Notes under the pieces: model-generated | What the model saw: the letters and a program-made list of their open reading frames with translations, nothing else | Databases searched by the model: none | Told to the model about the DNA's origin: nothing | Position numbers and translations under genes: made by a program | Shown: positions 12,254 to 24,624 of the stretch, piece by piece | Layout of the letters: each line of letters starts with the position of its first letter | How positions within the stretch are numbered: position 1 is the stretch's first letter | Assembly (NCBI RefSeq): GCF_006345805.1 | Contig: NC_043006.1 | Location: 62,000,001-62,064,000, forward strand | DNA length: 64,000 bases | DNA from: Octopus sinensis | Taxonomy: Eukaryota | Direction: 5' to 3'

Positions 12254-15190
12254 TTCTTCCTTCATATTTGTTAGGTGGTGTGAATTATTGTTTGTATTTG
12301 TCAGCTTCCTTAAATACTGAGAACAGTTTTTTGTTTTGCTCGTGTTTTGCCGCTATTTGTATCAGTTTTCCTTCCTTCTGAAATAGATATTTTTGCAGTC
12401 CTATGGTGATTATTTTATAGTAGTTTTCCAGCTGTATAAGGCCTCTACCACCTTCTATACGCTGTATATATAGTCTTTCTCTGTCAGATTTTGGGTGATG
12501 CATCCTAGATCCTGTCATTATTTTTTATTGTTTTCCTATCTATTTTCGTCAGTTCATTTAGTGTCCAGTTAAGGATATTGTAGCTGCAACATATAACAGG
12601 GACATCTAAAATGTTAATACCTATTATCTTGTTTTTAGCATTGAGCTCTGTTTTAGCATTGATCTAACTCGTCTATAATATTCTTTTTTTTTATTTTCTC
12701 TTTCATTTGTGCGTGTTGGGTCTTATCTAGTTCATGGGTTCCTAAGTATTTGTAAGTTTGGCTAATTCTTTTATTTCACTGGTTTTATCTAGTGTGATGT
12801 TGCTATTCTTAACTAGTTTTCCTCTTTTCATGGTTACTTTGGCGCATTTTTCTAATCCAAATTTCATATCTATCTATTTCTTTGGTAAATCCATGAACTG
12901 TCTTTAATAGTGTTTCCAGCTGTTTGTCATTTGCAGCGTATCGTTTTAGGTCATCCATATATAAAAGGTGGCTGATCATTTTGCGGTAACATTTATATCC
13001 GCATCCAGTACTATTTAGTATATCAGATAGAGGTGACACAGTGCCAAGCAGAAAAGGAGTGGAGAGAGCGTGTCTCCTTGGAATATTCCTCTTATAATGG
13101 GGATGGCTTTGGTTTTTATGAGTCCCTCTTTTGTTTGGAGGTGTAGGACTGTTTGCCATTTATTCATAGAGTGTCCTATGAATTTTATAATAGTTGGTGC
13201 TACTTTGTTCATGGCTAGTGTTTCGAGGATCCATGTGTGGAAGATGCTATCAAACGCCTTTTTGTAGTCGATCCAAGCCATACTGAGGCCCTTCTTCCTT
13301 CTGTGGCTGTCTTCAATTATGGCTTTATTAATCATTAGTTGATCTTTACAGCCATATGAGCCTTTGCGGCATCCTTTCTGCTCTTCTGGAAACAGGTTGT
13401 TTTCTTCCAGGTGCTTGTTCAACCTTTGCGATATCACTGCAGTAAATGCCTTGTACATTGTAGGGAGAAGGTTATTGGTCTATAGTTTTCTGGTTTTGCT
13501 GTCTCATTTGATTTGGGAATTAAGATGGTTTTCCCCTTCGTGAGCCATTCAGGCATTGTCTCTGGCTCTGCCAGTATGATGTTAAAAATTTCAGCCATCT
13601 TTTTGTGCATTCCTGTTAGATATTTCAACCAAAAGTTGGGGATCTTGTCATGCCCAGGTGCCTTCCAGTTGCTTAGTCTTTGCAGTGCCTAGGTGACTTC
13701 TTCAGTTGTTATGGGGGTCCAAAGTTGCTCAGATGCTGAGTTTGTTGTTTTAATGCTCTTTTTTTTTTGTTGTTCGTTCGCCGACCATATTTCTCTCCAG
13801 AATTCTTCCACTTCTTCTGCTGGTTGGTGCTGCAGTGATTTCTATTTTATTTTTGCCAAGTTCTTGGTAGAACTTTTTGGGGTTGGAGTTGAAGTTTTGT
13901 TTTGTTCAAAGAAGCGCTGGCGTTTCTCGTACCGGCGGATCCTTTGTGCTTTGGCAAGGATATCTTGCTTTAGATTTTCTTTTATCTCAGGTAAATCTTT
14001 TTCTGTGATGTTGTATTTGCGGAGTATGTTTGTTTTCTTTTTGCTGCTCAGTAGCGTTGATTGTCTACTGATTTCATTAAGAATCGACAGATCTTTTCTC
14101 ATTTTTTTATTTTGTTTTGGATGTTATTTATCCACAGGGTTTGTTTGGGTGGTAGTACTCCTGTTTGGACGGGTTTGAGTGAGTATCCAGCTTCTTTTGT
14201 GGCTACAGTGGCTGCTGCGTATACTAAGTCATTTAACTCAGTGATATCGCTTTTTGCTTCAGTGCCTATTAGTTCCGTGACGGCTAGGTTTATGCTGTTT
14301 ATAATTGGTGTTATTGTTTCGTCTATTTCGATTTTTGGGAGGTATGGTCGGTGGTCCATTTTGAGCTCTGTGGTTTTCAGTTCTTTGATTATTCTACTTT
14401 TTATATTATCATAATCATTAGGCTCCCCTTCGTTGTTTCCAGGTTTTAGATTTGTGTCACTTCTTTCTTATTGTATGTTGTTTGTCGTGTTTTGGCTTGC
14501 TGTTTGTCGTGTATTATTATGCATCCTTACGGTCTGGATTTGTTGTTTTTGTTTACATCGTGTTTGTTGGGAATGTTACGTTGTCTTCGTGTTTTACTGT
14601 TTCAGTGTTTATATTATTGGCATTGTTGTGTGGCTCTATCTACATTTTCCTGGTGTATTTTTTCTTTTAGATGTTCTATTTCTATTTCTGATATTTTTTT
14701 GCGTTGAGAATGTATCTTCGTACGTTAGCTAGTTTATTAGGGTTCATTGCTGTATCCAAGTCTATATTTATGTTATTTTCCTTCCATATTTATATGTATG
14801 ATATGTTGTGTTTTCATTCTTTGGGTAGAGCACTGCTGTAAAGTGAGCGTGTAGGATAGAAATGTATCCCTCACGTGTCCATTGATGTCTTTTGGGTTTT
14901 ATTTGCGGGACATGTGGAACAACGTCCGGCCCATTACTTTGACGGTCGTCATTTTCATAGGGTACCGGTCCTGTCATTTCTGTTGTCACATTGTTTTGCA
15001 CGTGTTGTTTTTCATACATTTTATGCTGTAAGTTTACAGTACGTACTTCCTGATTGTTATTCTTGGGTTGAATAATATCGGTGTTATTTAATTTCTTCGT
15101 AGTTTTTTGTACATGGTGTTTGGGGTCGGGGATGATCTGGTGTAGATGGATCGTAATGTTCCACGCATGTTTACATGTGTTGTGTTAGAG
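11206..15190 (-). pseudogene. Fragmented single ORF of the R4/Dong-like element
   Basis: Consecutive minus-strand ORF pieces (15019-14768, 14359-14099, 14102-13842, 13628-13434, 13458-13015, 13159-12809, 12518-12285, 12003-11689, 11493-11206) join into one RT-RLE protein with many frameshifts and stops. The start is approximate. Confidence 0.85.
12029..12260. repeat. (CTT)n/(GAA)n microsatellite with a 39-bp higher-order unit, inside the LINE ORF
   Basis: CTT runs interrupted by CGT and CCT recur with a 13-codon period about three times. Confidence 0.9.
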
Positions 15191-15384
15191 GTGGAGATGA
15201 TATCGAGTTAAATACATCATTTCGTTCCGAAAATAGTAATAAATTTCAATGAGTATTGCTTACTCGGATATAGTCCAATCCTTCGTCAGTTAAGTTTTAG
15301 CTCCATGCGATGTCTTTGTTTTCGATGTTTGTGGATAGATTTCGGAGCGCTGTTTTATCGTTCTCACATGTTAAACGTCCCCGG

Positions 15385-15714
15385 TGTAATCTCACATGTT
15401 ACTATAATCCCACATGTTACTGTATCCCCACATGTTACTGTATCCCCACATGTTACTGTAATCCCACATGATATGCAATCCCACATGTTATATAACCCCA
15501 CGTGTTAATGTATTCCTACATGTTACTGTAATCCCACATGATATGCAATCCCACATGTTATGTAACCCAATGTTACCGTATTCCCACACGTTACTGTAAT
15601 CCCACATGTTACTACAATTCCACGTGTTACTGTAATCCTACATGTTACTGTAATCCTACATGTTACTGTAATCCTACATGTTACTGTAATCATGCATGTT
15701 ACTGTAATCCCACA

Positions 15715-15720
<6 letters not shown>
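15385..15720. repeat. 18-bp minisatellite (GTAATCCCACATGTTACT)n
   Basis: About 18 degenerate copies; it grades into (TTA)n at 15717-15751. Confidence 0.9.
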
Positions 15721-15750
<30 letters not shown>

Positions 15751-15987
15751 CGTTATTATTTTCATTTTTATCATATGCAATTGGCTTCTTAACATCCGTC
15801 TCCCAAATACCCAGCCTTTAAAATCTTTCCGTCCGAGACTATATTAAAAAACTCCCTCCTGGTGGTCTGTGAAACTCAAATCAGAACCTAAGTAGTAGCG
15901 TAGTAAACTGCTATACAGCAAAAGCATGCATGAACCAATGTATATGAATGATTTTGAATTTTTTAAGATGGATCATCCATTTACAAG

Positions 15988-17160
15988 TATGCAAGCTGCG
16001 GCTGAAAACTTCATAGGCTGACCAAGATGCGGTCATGAAATGTAACCACCAAATGAAGTGTAGTCCTCCTAGCTGTGCACACACTTCCTCCATCGGTGTT
16101 GCGTGCTTGGTTCTCACTAGTGAAGAAGCTTTCATTCTGTTGGTCAAAATAGTCATCAAGAGCAAGCGTGCCGTTACCATCACTGTGATACTGGTTCTCG
16201 GCTACGTGTTTTTTTTCATTTCGGGAACAAATGATAGTAAAATGAGACCAAATCAGGGGAACATGGAAGCCGATTAACCAGTTCAAAGCCACAGCCATGC
16301 ATGGCTACCATTGAAACCAAAGATTCATGTGCTTGAGCGGTGTACTGATGAATCAAGACCACTTTCGTAGATTTTCCTGGGAGTTTGGTCCAGATAGCCT
16401 TACGTAACTGCTTCAAACTTTTTGTGTAGTATTCTCCATTGATCGTGTGGCTCTTTTGAAGATAGTCAATAAACATAATGCCTTGTGTTTCTGCCTACAA
16501 AACTTCGGGCATCAACTTGTCCGGAAATGAACCAACATTGGCTTCGTTTTTTGCGGTTGAAGAGTGTTCTCTCTGCATGCGTTGTGTCTAGCTCAAAGTG
16601 ATGAAGGAAACACTCATCTTGTATTAAGAAATATTCCAGGAAACCAGCTGGATCTCCCTCAGATAAGGTCTGATTTTCCTGTGGATTGGATCAGCCTGGT
16701 GAGCTTTTGATATGGTATCAGAAATTTGTGACAGCCGCCGAGCAGAAACCCTGATACACGTCAAGTTAATTGTACAGAATATTCTCAACTTCCTCATTCA
16801 TAGCCGAGTGTTGAAGAGGAACAATGTTTTCTTCGATGGTAGCAGTTGTAGGATGTCCATGCCCCGGCCCCCTTCAACATTATTCCTTCTCCTCCTAAAT
16901 TCAGTTGTCCAGTTTTGCACTGTTCATATAGCTGGATCACCATATCAGGATGAATGTCCTTGTAGACACTATGCCAAATTTTGACCATTTTCAAGAGATG
17001 TCGCTAATATTTTGAAACCTTTGAACAGACAGATGTCTGTTCTCCAGAGAAAAAATGGAGTTATTAATAAAATGATCTGAAATTAATACATGCAAAATTT
17101 CACAGTTGTGGCATGACTCCTTCATAGTCAGCCTATGACCTTTTTCTGCCCAATCTCATA
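15988..17160 (-). mobile_element. Mariner transposon A (Himar1/irritans-like), decayed
   Basis: ORF 16216-16476 FIDYLQKSHTINGEYY...GFELVNRLPCSPDL is the mariner catalytic region. Imperfect TIRs: GGCTGAAAACTTCATAGGCTGACC (about 16000-16023) versus GTCAGCCTATGACCTTTTTCTGCC (17127-17150). TA at both ends. Confidence 0.85.
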
Positions 17161-18427
17161 TATCAGGTCTTCGCATAAGTTCTGTCCGAATTTGGAATAA
17201 AGAAAACAAGCGACCAAATGTGATATTTAATTGAAATTTAATCATCAATGTACTTACCCTGATTATCTATGACTTCCGTCCATCTATGAACGAGCTTCTT
17301 AATCCCATCAATGTAAAACTATTTTGGTTTCAAAGCGAAGAACTCTGAAATGTCAGTTTCGACACTCTCCTGGCTTGTGAAAGTTATGTCCCCCAAATGA
17401 TTCTGTAAAATACGAAACAAATGGTAGTCTGAAGAAGCAAGGTCGGGAGAATAATTTGGATGAGGAAATGTTTCCCAACCGAGCGAGCTCTTCGATCTTC
17501 TGTGATGTGATCTTTGCAGTGTGAACCATCACTCCTTTTCGAATCACTAAAAAGGTTTTTTCTTCAAAGCTTGGTTCAAACGCTCTGATTACTGAGAGTA
17601 AACTTGAACGTTGATTGTTGCATTAGGTGGTAACAATTCAAAGTGAATTATTCCTTTGAACGTCTACCAGACAGAGAGAGGTACCTTTTCCCCATGAAGT
17701 TCCCTCCCTTTTTACCATTTCCTTTTTACCAAGCCACTGTTTATGACGTTTTACATTTCGATAGAAGATACATTTTTCGCCACCAGTCACAAGTTTATCC
17801 AAAAAGGTTGAAATGAGTTCGCGAGAATGGAGAGAACAGATGTCAATATGGGAATTGCAGTTGCTTTCGGACAATTCATGAGACACCAATTTTCCTAGTT
17901 TAGGAAACTTTCCTAGTTGTTGAAGATGATGATGAACAGTTGTATGGTTTGAACTAAGCTTTATAGCAAATTATTCAACTGATAATGCAGGGTGTTCTTC
18001 AAGTAATACTTCTCAAGTAGCTTATCATTAAATTCAACAGGACACCCTGTTCGATCTTCATCTTCAAGGCTGAAATCTCCACTTTTGAAGTTTGCAAACC
18101 ATCTTCTGCAAGTTCTTCCATTCAAGCATTCTTTCCCATAAACTGAGTGCATGTTTCGAGTCGCTTCGGCTCCAGAGATTCATTTTTTTGTACTCATAAA
18201 GCATTATGTGCCTCAAATGCTCTTTGGATGCTTCCATGTTTGAAAGGGTTTTAATCAAATAAATTTTAATTCTATTATTCTGTAAAATAATATTAAATTA
18301 GTTTAAATGTACACAAATTCATAAAAATAATGATTAAGATACTATTAAAATTCAAAGATACTATTAAATTTCATTCAATTTTTTAAAAAAAGGTAAAATC
18401 GGACAGAACTTATGGGATGACCTGATA
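17161..18427 (-). mobile_element. Mariner transposon B (Mos1-like), full length with TIRs, transposase disrupted
   Basis: Left TATCAGGTCTTCGCATAAGTTCTGTCCGAATTT matches the reverse complement of 18395-18427 at 30 of 33 positions. Transposase pieces: MEASKEHLRHIMLYEYKK, TCRRWFANFKSGDFSLEDEDRTG, FLDKLVTGGEKCIFYRN. Confidence 0.92.
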
Positions 18428-19139
18428 TTTGCATATATATGTTTATTGTGAATTAATATTACTATTATGAAACTATTTGACATTATCTCAAAAAAATTCC
18501 ATAAGATACCAATGGGTACATCTGAACGAGCAATCGCTTGGTATGTTACACTAGAAATGACACATTGTTGAAACTTGACTCTCTCTGGAAGCAGAGACTC
18601 TGCAAAGAATATGATTTGCTTGTGAATGAAAAACCTTTCCAAATAGAACTACATATCAGCTGTGGCTTAAGATTGACAAGCAGCAATTTGAACTAAACAG
18701 CCATCTAATGAATTTATTCTACAATTCTAGATCATGTCAACTAATTAGGGTTAACGATATTTGTCTCTTTACAGTTTCACATTTATGAATATTTTATTAA
18801 ATCTTCTACATAAAAAGTTCAAGGGTTGTTGAAAATCAAAATATTGGCTTCAATTTGGCAAATAATGTGACACATTTTTGGAATGATGCCAGTGTTGATT
18901 GTAAATGAATCAAATGTTTAATTTCATTAGTCTTATATTGTAATTTATTTTCAAGTTTTCATAGCAAGTAATTTTCCAATATTTTTAATAAACTAGAATA
19001 AATAAATGTGTTCGTATATGTTTGTGCAAAAATAGATGAAATTGGGTTTTTCTGAAGTGTTTTAATAGACACGAAGATGCAAGCACAAATTGATCGATAT
19101 AAATAAAAATGTTTGTACGTATATGTGTATACATATCTG

Positions 19140-19179
19140 TGTGCATACATCATACATGAATATATATAATATATAATAT

Positions 19180-19225
<46 letters not shown>

Positions 19226-19515
19226 TTATATATATTATGCATATATATATATTATACATATATATATACATATATATTACATATATATATGTTATATATA
19301 TATAAACATATATATATATATATATTATATATATTATATATATATATATATATATAATATATATTATATATATATATATAACATATATATATATACATAT
19401 ATATATATATATTATATACATATATATATTATATTATATACATATATATATTATATATATACATATATATATTATACATATATATTATGCATATATATAT
19501 ATATAATATATATGT

Positions 19516-19563
<48 letters not shown>

Positions 19564-19580
19564 TATATATATATGATTAC
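19140..19580. repeat. Long degenerate (TA)n tract
   Basis: Directly visible. Confidence 0.95.
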
Positions 19581-19915
19581 ACGCATATACACTCATATAT
19601 ACAGACGGAAACAGTGAGGGGTGAGTGCCCAGTAGGCATTTGTTTTGAAGATAAACATAGATACTTGTGTAAATATCTGGAGTGCAACATATATTTAGAT
19701 TCGATGATGAGTTTTACTGACAAATCCAGAGATGAAAACTATCGTCAAATTGCTCTTCATATTTTAGAAAATTAAATATAGCAAAGTAAGTCATCCTTTG
19801 AAATTTCATTTTTGTAAAATGAAATTAATAAGAATTGCAATGCTGCATGTTGACAAGCGAAGTAATTAATGACACCAAAGCTGTTATTGAAAAATTCTGA
19901 ACTAGAATTTCGTTA

Positions 19916-19960
19916 TCCATAGCTGATGAAATTTAATGAGGCTGAAACACGTGCCTAATG
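19916..19960 (+). ncRNA. Decayed hammerhead-like motif
   Basis: CATAG-CTGATGA-AATTTAATGAGGCT-GAAA-CACGTG-C-CTAATG: intact core; stem II is poorly paired and the cleavage triplet appears to have lost a base. Confidence 0.3.
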
Positions 19961-20050
19961 ATCCGATCAACTCATCCATAGTCCAGTGATGGTTTCGCAC
20001 ACGCATTGTAAAATAATTTCTCTCAGACGACAACTTTCGCCATGATGTTG

Positions 20051-20174
20051 TCAGCAAGCTTGGATATAAAAGAACGAGATACATAAGCCAATCTAGTTCT
20101 TTTATATCCAAGCTTGCTGAGAACATCAGCTGCTCTAAGCAGTATTCATTGCGCAATGAATACTGCTTAGAGCA
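20051..20174. repeat. Two adjacent hairpins: 70-nt stem-loop and 44-bp perfect palindrome
   Basis: 20051-20120: 25 bp + one mismatch + 4 bp, with a 10-nt loop. 20131-20174: TGCTCTAAGCAGTATTCATTGC-GCAATGAATACTGCTTAGAGCA. Confidence 0.9.
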
Positions 20175-20327
20175 CCTGTTGTTAATTAGTTCCAATTTGA
20201 CTAGCATTTTCAGACATTTTGCAAACGGCAGTTCTCAGTGAGCTATGCACAACGGACACAGAAAGACGGGTCTTGTGGTTAGAAGACATCGTTCATAATG
20301 CAGGAGTTTGTTTGTACATACATTGTC

Positions 20328-21500
20328 TACGTTGTGGAATCAAAATGTTCCTGGACTAGTTATGTTTCATAAATATAACTTTTTTTACTTCAATTTTAAC
20401 ATGACTTCCTTCAAGGTAAGCACCTCGCGTTCCTGCCACTTTGTAATACGGTGTGGAAGTTGTTTTCTGTAAGCGAATTGAGGAGCTTCGGCGATTTGTT
20501 CTGGATCTGGACAACGGCGTCAAAACAACGGTGTCAAAACAACTGCATGTTTACCTTGGGGGAACATATGGAAGTCTGCAAGTGCTAAATCTTACGAATT
20601 GGGCAGGTGCGTAAGCGATAGCATGTTGTTTTCGGCGAGAAACTCACGAGTTAGGAGAGCTCGGTGACAGGGTGCATTGAGGTCGTTAAGAATCCAATGC
20701 TTCACGCTCTACAGATCCGGTGGCTTTCGCAGAATGTCCTCGCTCAGACACTTCATATCGGAGTAGAACTCCATTGACGGACTGACCCTGGGGGACGAAT
20801 TCTCGAGGCACAATACCTCGATTGTCATAAAAGTTGATGAGCATGCTCTTGATTGTGCTGCGGTCTTGTCGAGCCTTCTTCGGTCGTGGTGATGAAGGCC
20901 AATTCCATTGGGACGACTGATCATTCATTGAGAGCCGTAGACCCAACTCTTGTCACCGGTGTTGTTGCCAGACATGAAAGATGGGCTATCAGCGGCACCC
21001 TGACGGAAATCTTGACAGATTACGATGCGATGTTCTTTCTGCTTAGTGGTCAGCAGGCGCGAGACAAACTTGGTAGAATTACTCTGCATGTTCAATTCAG
21101 ACGTTAGGATTAGCTGCACAGATCCATATGACAGATCAATAACATCAGCAATGTCGTGTTGATTGTCGTCCGACGATCCTCAGGCACAAGCTGGTGAATT
21201 TTTTCCACATTTCCGGGACTGACGCATGTCTTCCAGATTGCTAACTGACTTCCGCTTTTGAAGTGTCCATGACACTCGGAATGTATACGGCTCATTGCCT
21301 CTTCACCCTAAGCAAGCGGAGCGTTCTCAATGACTCTGTAGCTGACTTCTCAAGTTTAATGCAAAATTTCACGTTGGCTCTTTGTTCCAACTACCTCTAG
21401 ATGACAAAATCGCAGACTGCAGTATATACTTGATCACAAAAACACAAATTTCATATCCTGCGAAGTGAACAAAGCGATGTCCTACGTCACACTGCTAATT
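20328..21500 (-). mobile_element. Mariner transposon C, decayed
   Basis: QSSQWNWPSSPRPKKARQDRSTIKSMLINFYDNRGIVPREFVPQGQSVN; KFVSRLLTTKQK; LEQRANVKFCIKL near 21350-21390. The right end is not resolved. Confidence 0.85.
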
Positions 21501-21720
21501 CTCACTGCTCAAGAAATCATGCGCTACCATCTGTTCGAGTGTTACAGAACTATCCATAGAACGCTTTGTTACCATCGCGTATTAGCAGATTTTTTTACCG
21601 TGACGATTTCTACTATGAAGGTATGCACCAGTGTTTTTAAAATAATGTTTTCAACAACGCTTATTAGAACAAACACTCGCTACCAAGTCAGTGAAGTATA
21701 CCGTCTATGAAATTTCTGAC

Positions 21721-22135
21721 ACCCAGAAATGCAGACTCTGTGGAAAGCGTGTGGAAAATGTGACCCAATTGGCATGTGTATGTGAGAGTCTTGCACAAAA
21801 ATAATATAGGCGCCGCCACGATAAAATGTGTGTGTATCTTCATTGGCTCTTATGCAAAACTGTTTTAAATGCGAGAGGGTAATGTAAATGTGATACTAGT
21901 GGCGATCGGAGCGTTGGGCTCAATTCCATTGAAAATTCAAAACTTCTTAAGGCAACTGGAAATCTCGTGTAAGATTGATGCCTTGCAAAAAGCAGCCTTA
22001 TTGGACACAGTGCACATCTTAAGGAAAGTATTATCTGTCTAAGGTTCTCGTGTCTTGACAGATGACTAAAGACTCCGGTGTATTTTTGCCTACACTGTAT
22101 TCCGTAGGAGTAATAATAATAATAATAATAATAAT
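21721..22135 (+). mobile_element. R4/Dong-like 3' fragment (internally deleted) with (TAA)n tail
   Basis: KCRLCGKRVENVTQLACVCESLAQK*YRRRHDK, then VAIGALGSIP...LQKAALLDTVHILRKVLSV*, a short UTR and TAA repeats. Confidence 0.8.
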
Positions 22136-22219
22136 GATGATGATGATGATGATGATTATAATAACAATGATAATGATAATAATACCACCACCACCACCAA
22201 CAACAACTACAACAACCGC

Positions 22220-22282
<63 letters not shown>

Positions 22283-22832
22283 TACCCTGATGCGGTACCA
22301 GGCAGTGGTTCTCATAGTTTCTGATTTTACCTGATTGGAAGTGTTATCACATATCATGTACATTGTTTTGTCTTGGTATAAGCAATGGTATACAACAATA
22401 CCACAGATCTGCGTGTCAGGTGATTCCCCTTAACCAGTTGAGCATGTCCCTTATCGTCTGATGATACGTCTATCACTCATCACGTGCAGAAGCAGTAGGG
22501 GAGCATCACAGTCATGTGTTGAGAGGAATTCTCTGGGGTTTGAATTATTCACCTTTGGCAACATGGGTATTTTGTACATCATCGTTAATCAATCCTCATT
22601 GAGAGGCCTTTTGAATGGGATGGACTATACAAAGTGAAGAAAATTCTAACTGGACCCCACCTACAAGGTCATGCTCTGCATATCTTAGCATGAAATCACT
22701 ACGTAGCCCACATATGGTGTGATACAAGTGCCTGGTGTACTCTCATCAGACGTGTAGTCATGATGGATATACTGGGCTTCATATATTTTACCCCGGAGTC
22801 ACTTTGATGACATGCACTGCCCTCTCATTCGA
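22283..22832 (+). mobile_element. Non-coding module bounded by (TAA)n tracts, probably a retroposon 3' portion
   Basis: About 550 bp of complex sequence with sharp (AAT)n borders at both ends. Confidence 0.45.
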
Positions 22833-22861
22833 CAATGATAATAATAATAATAATAATAATA

Positions 22862-22914
<53 letters not shown>

Positions 22915-23061
22915 CAGCACTCCTGTTTACTGGTACGAACAGCGTCCTTAACCAGTAGTTGAGGCTAAAAGTGTCACTATCCTTATGGATTTTCTAGTCA
23001 ACATTGACAGAACGGACCATACATAGTTATTAAAGACACGTAAGAAAACACTTGTAGAATA

Positions 23062-23150
23062 ATAGATGCAAGTGTTGTTACTGATAAAATAATATGCCCA
23101 AAGAATTTGACAAATTAAACAAATATTGGGACCTAGAAATTGAACGAAAT
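23062..23150 (+). mobile_element. Small R4/Dong-like RLE fragment
   Basis: Translates to IDASVVTDK...KEFDKLNKYWDLEIE, matching the KEFDKLRKYKDLLIEI of the copy at 59.8 kb. Confidence 0.55.
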
Positions 23151-23216
23151 GCCGTTAAGAATTTTGCTCGCGTGCTATCGATTCTACTAACAAGTAGATT
23201 TAATTAAACAAATAAC

Positions 23217-23268
<52 letters not shown>

Positions 23269-24500
23269 GGAACGATGGTGTTGATGAGGATGAGGATGAT
23301 GATAATGATGATGATATGGCAATTGCTTCCAAGTGGATCAGGAAGAAATATGAGGGAGATGACTACATACAGAAAAGGAAATTGAACACGTAATTATAGA
23401 AAGATCAATAAATCTTCAGAAAGAGATAATAATAGGGAATGCGAAAACAAGTTTCACTTCATAGAGGGAAATATATTATCAAAGAAGAAAAGATTCTTGT
23501 TTCAACGTTTAAATAATATGTGGATTAGGGCTAGAATGAAATTATCACCTTTGGGAGGAATCGGAAGTGAAAATATGCGTAAAGTAATAAAGACTATGAA
23601 AGTTACCACGACGAAAATCAAATTTTGAGAAGATAACACATGGTTATAGCCTCATACAATATCCAGTATCTATTGCTCTAGAAATTGTTGGGCTTAAATT
23701 GTCGAGCAAAAAGAAAAAAATTCCCATAGTGGAAATTGAAACTTGAGAGTAACATGCCTTGAGAGTTGAATAGATGAAAAGAGATCTTGTAAGGATATAT
23801 GCAATGAAATACACATTAATTGAAAAACAAGGGACGAGTTAAAGTATGACGATAGATTCACAACAGCTTGCTAAAATGTGATACGAATAGTTAATTAAGC
23901 TACTATCAGGCAAGTAAAATAGATACCAACAAGTATAAACTAGTATAGCTAGAACTGAGGTTTCAAAAACAATGAAAAGAAATTTTACTATCAGTGAAAA
24001 AAAATGAGATTGAACATCAGACAAAAGATGCGCCAAAATATAAAGCATCAAGTAAATGTTGTTCAGATATCTGGAGCAAAGACGTTCGACATAAAAGTGA
24101 AGTGGACCGGTTTCGGCAATTTAAAACACAATCATATGAACTTTTGCCTAAGATAAATGCAAAATATGCTAAAAACCAAAGCAACTTCGAAAGCGTTGAA
24201 AACACGGGATTAAAAGTCATTCGATACTGCATAAAGCTGAATTTTGCAGACTGTATAGAAAATGGAACATCAAAGTGACTAAAAGAAGATAGAGGAATGC
24301 AAACAAAGAAACAAGAAGAGAAGAGAATAACTTTTTACATGCTTAGCAGGAAAGAGACATATGACATCTCTAGATATCATTGGTCTCAGATGGAAGAACT
24401 CTGATACACCAAATGATCATATAACGTCAAATGTCACAACTGGTCAAATATGTTTAGCACTAATATATATATATATGCATACACTGACACACACACACAC

Positions 24501-24586
<86 letters not shown>

Positions 24587-24624
24587 GAAAGTTGGTTTGT
24601 GAAAACACGTGGTTGAATATATAG

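Larger units (their letters stand above)
11061..15300 (-). mobile_element. Near full-length R4/Dong-like non-LTR retrotransposon (RT + CCHC + RLE endonuclease) with (TAA)n tail
   Basis: RT motifs WIDYKKAFDS, GIFQGDTLSPLLFCLAL and HLLYMDDLK; CRICGDGQETINHIISG knuckle; RLE C-terminus RMWNLKTETIPIIVGALG; 3' end runs into an ATT/TAA tract at 11061-11096. Confidence 0.9.

Noticed and set aside
15385-15720. CRISPR-like array
   Set aside because: Tandem units with no unique spacers, in a eukaryotic context.
15538-15792. Cys-rich CYCNPT-repeat ORF
   Set aside because: It is fully explained by the 18-bp minisatellite, has no signal peptide and ends in poly-Y from (TAT)n.
19697-19790. Possible exon (ag...gtaagt) encoding MMSFTDKSRDENY
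   Set aside because: Stops occur before the donor in the frames I checked, and there is no partner exon or recognisable domain.
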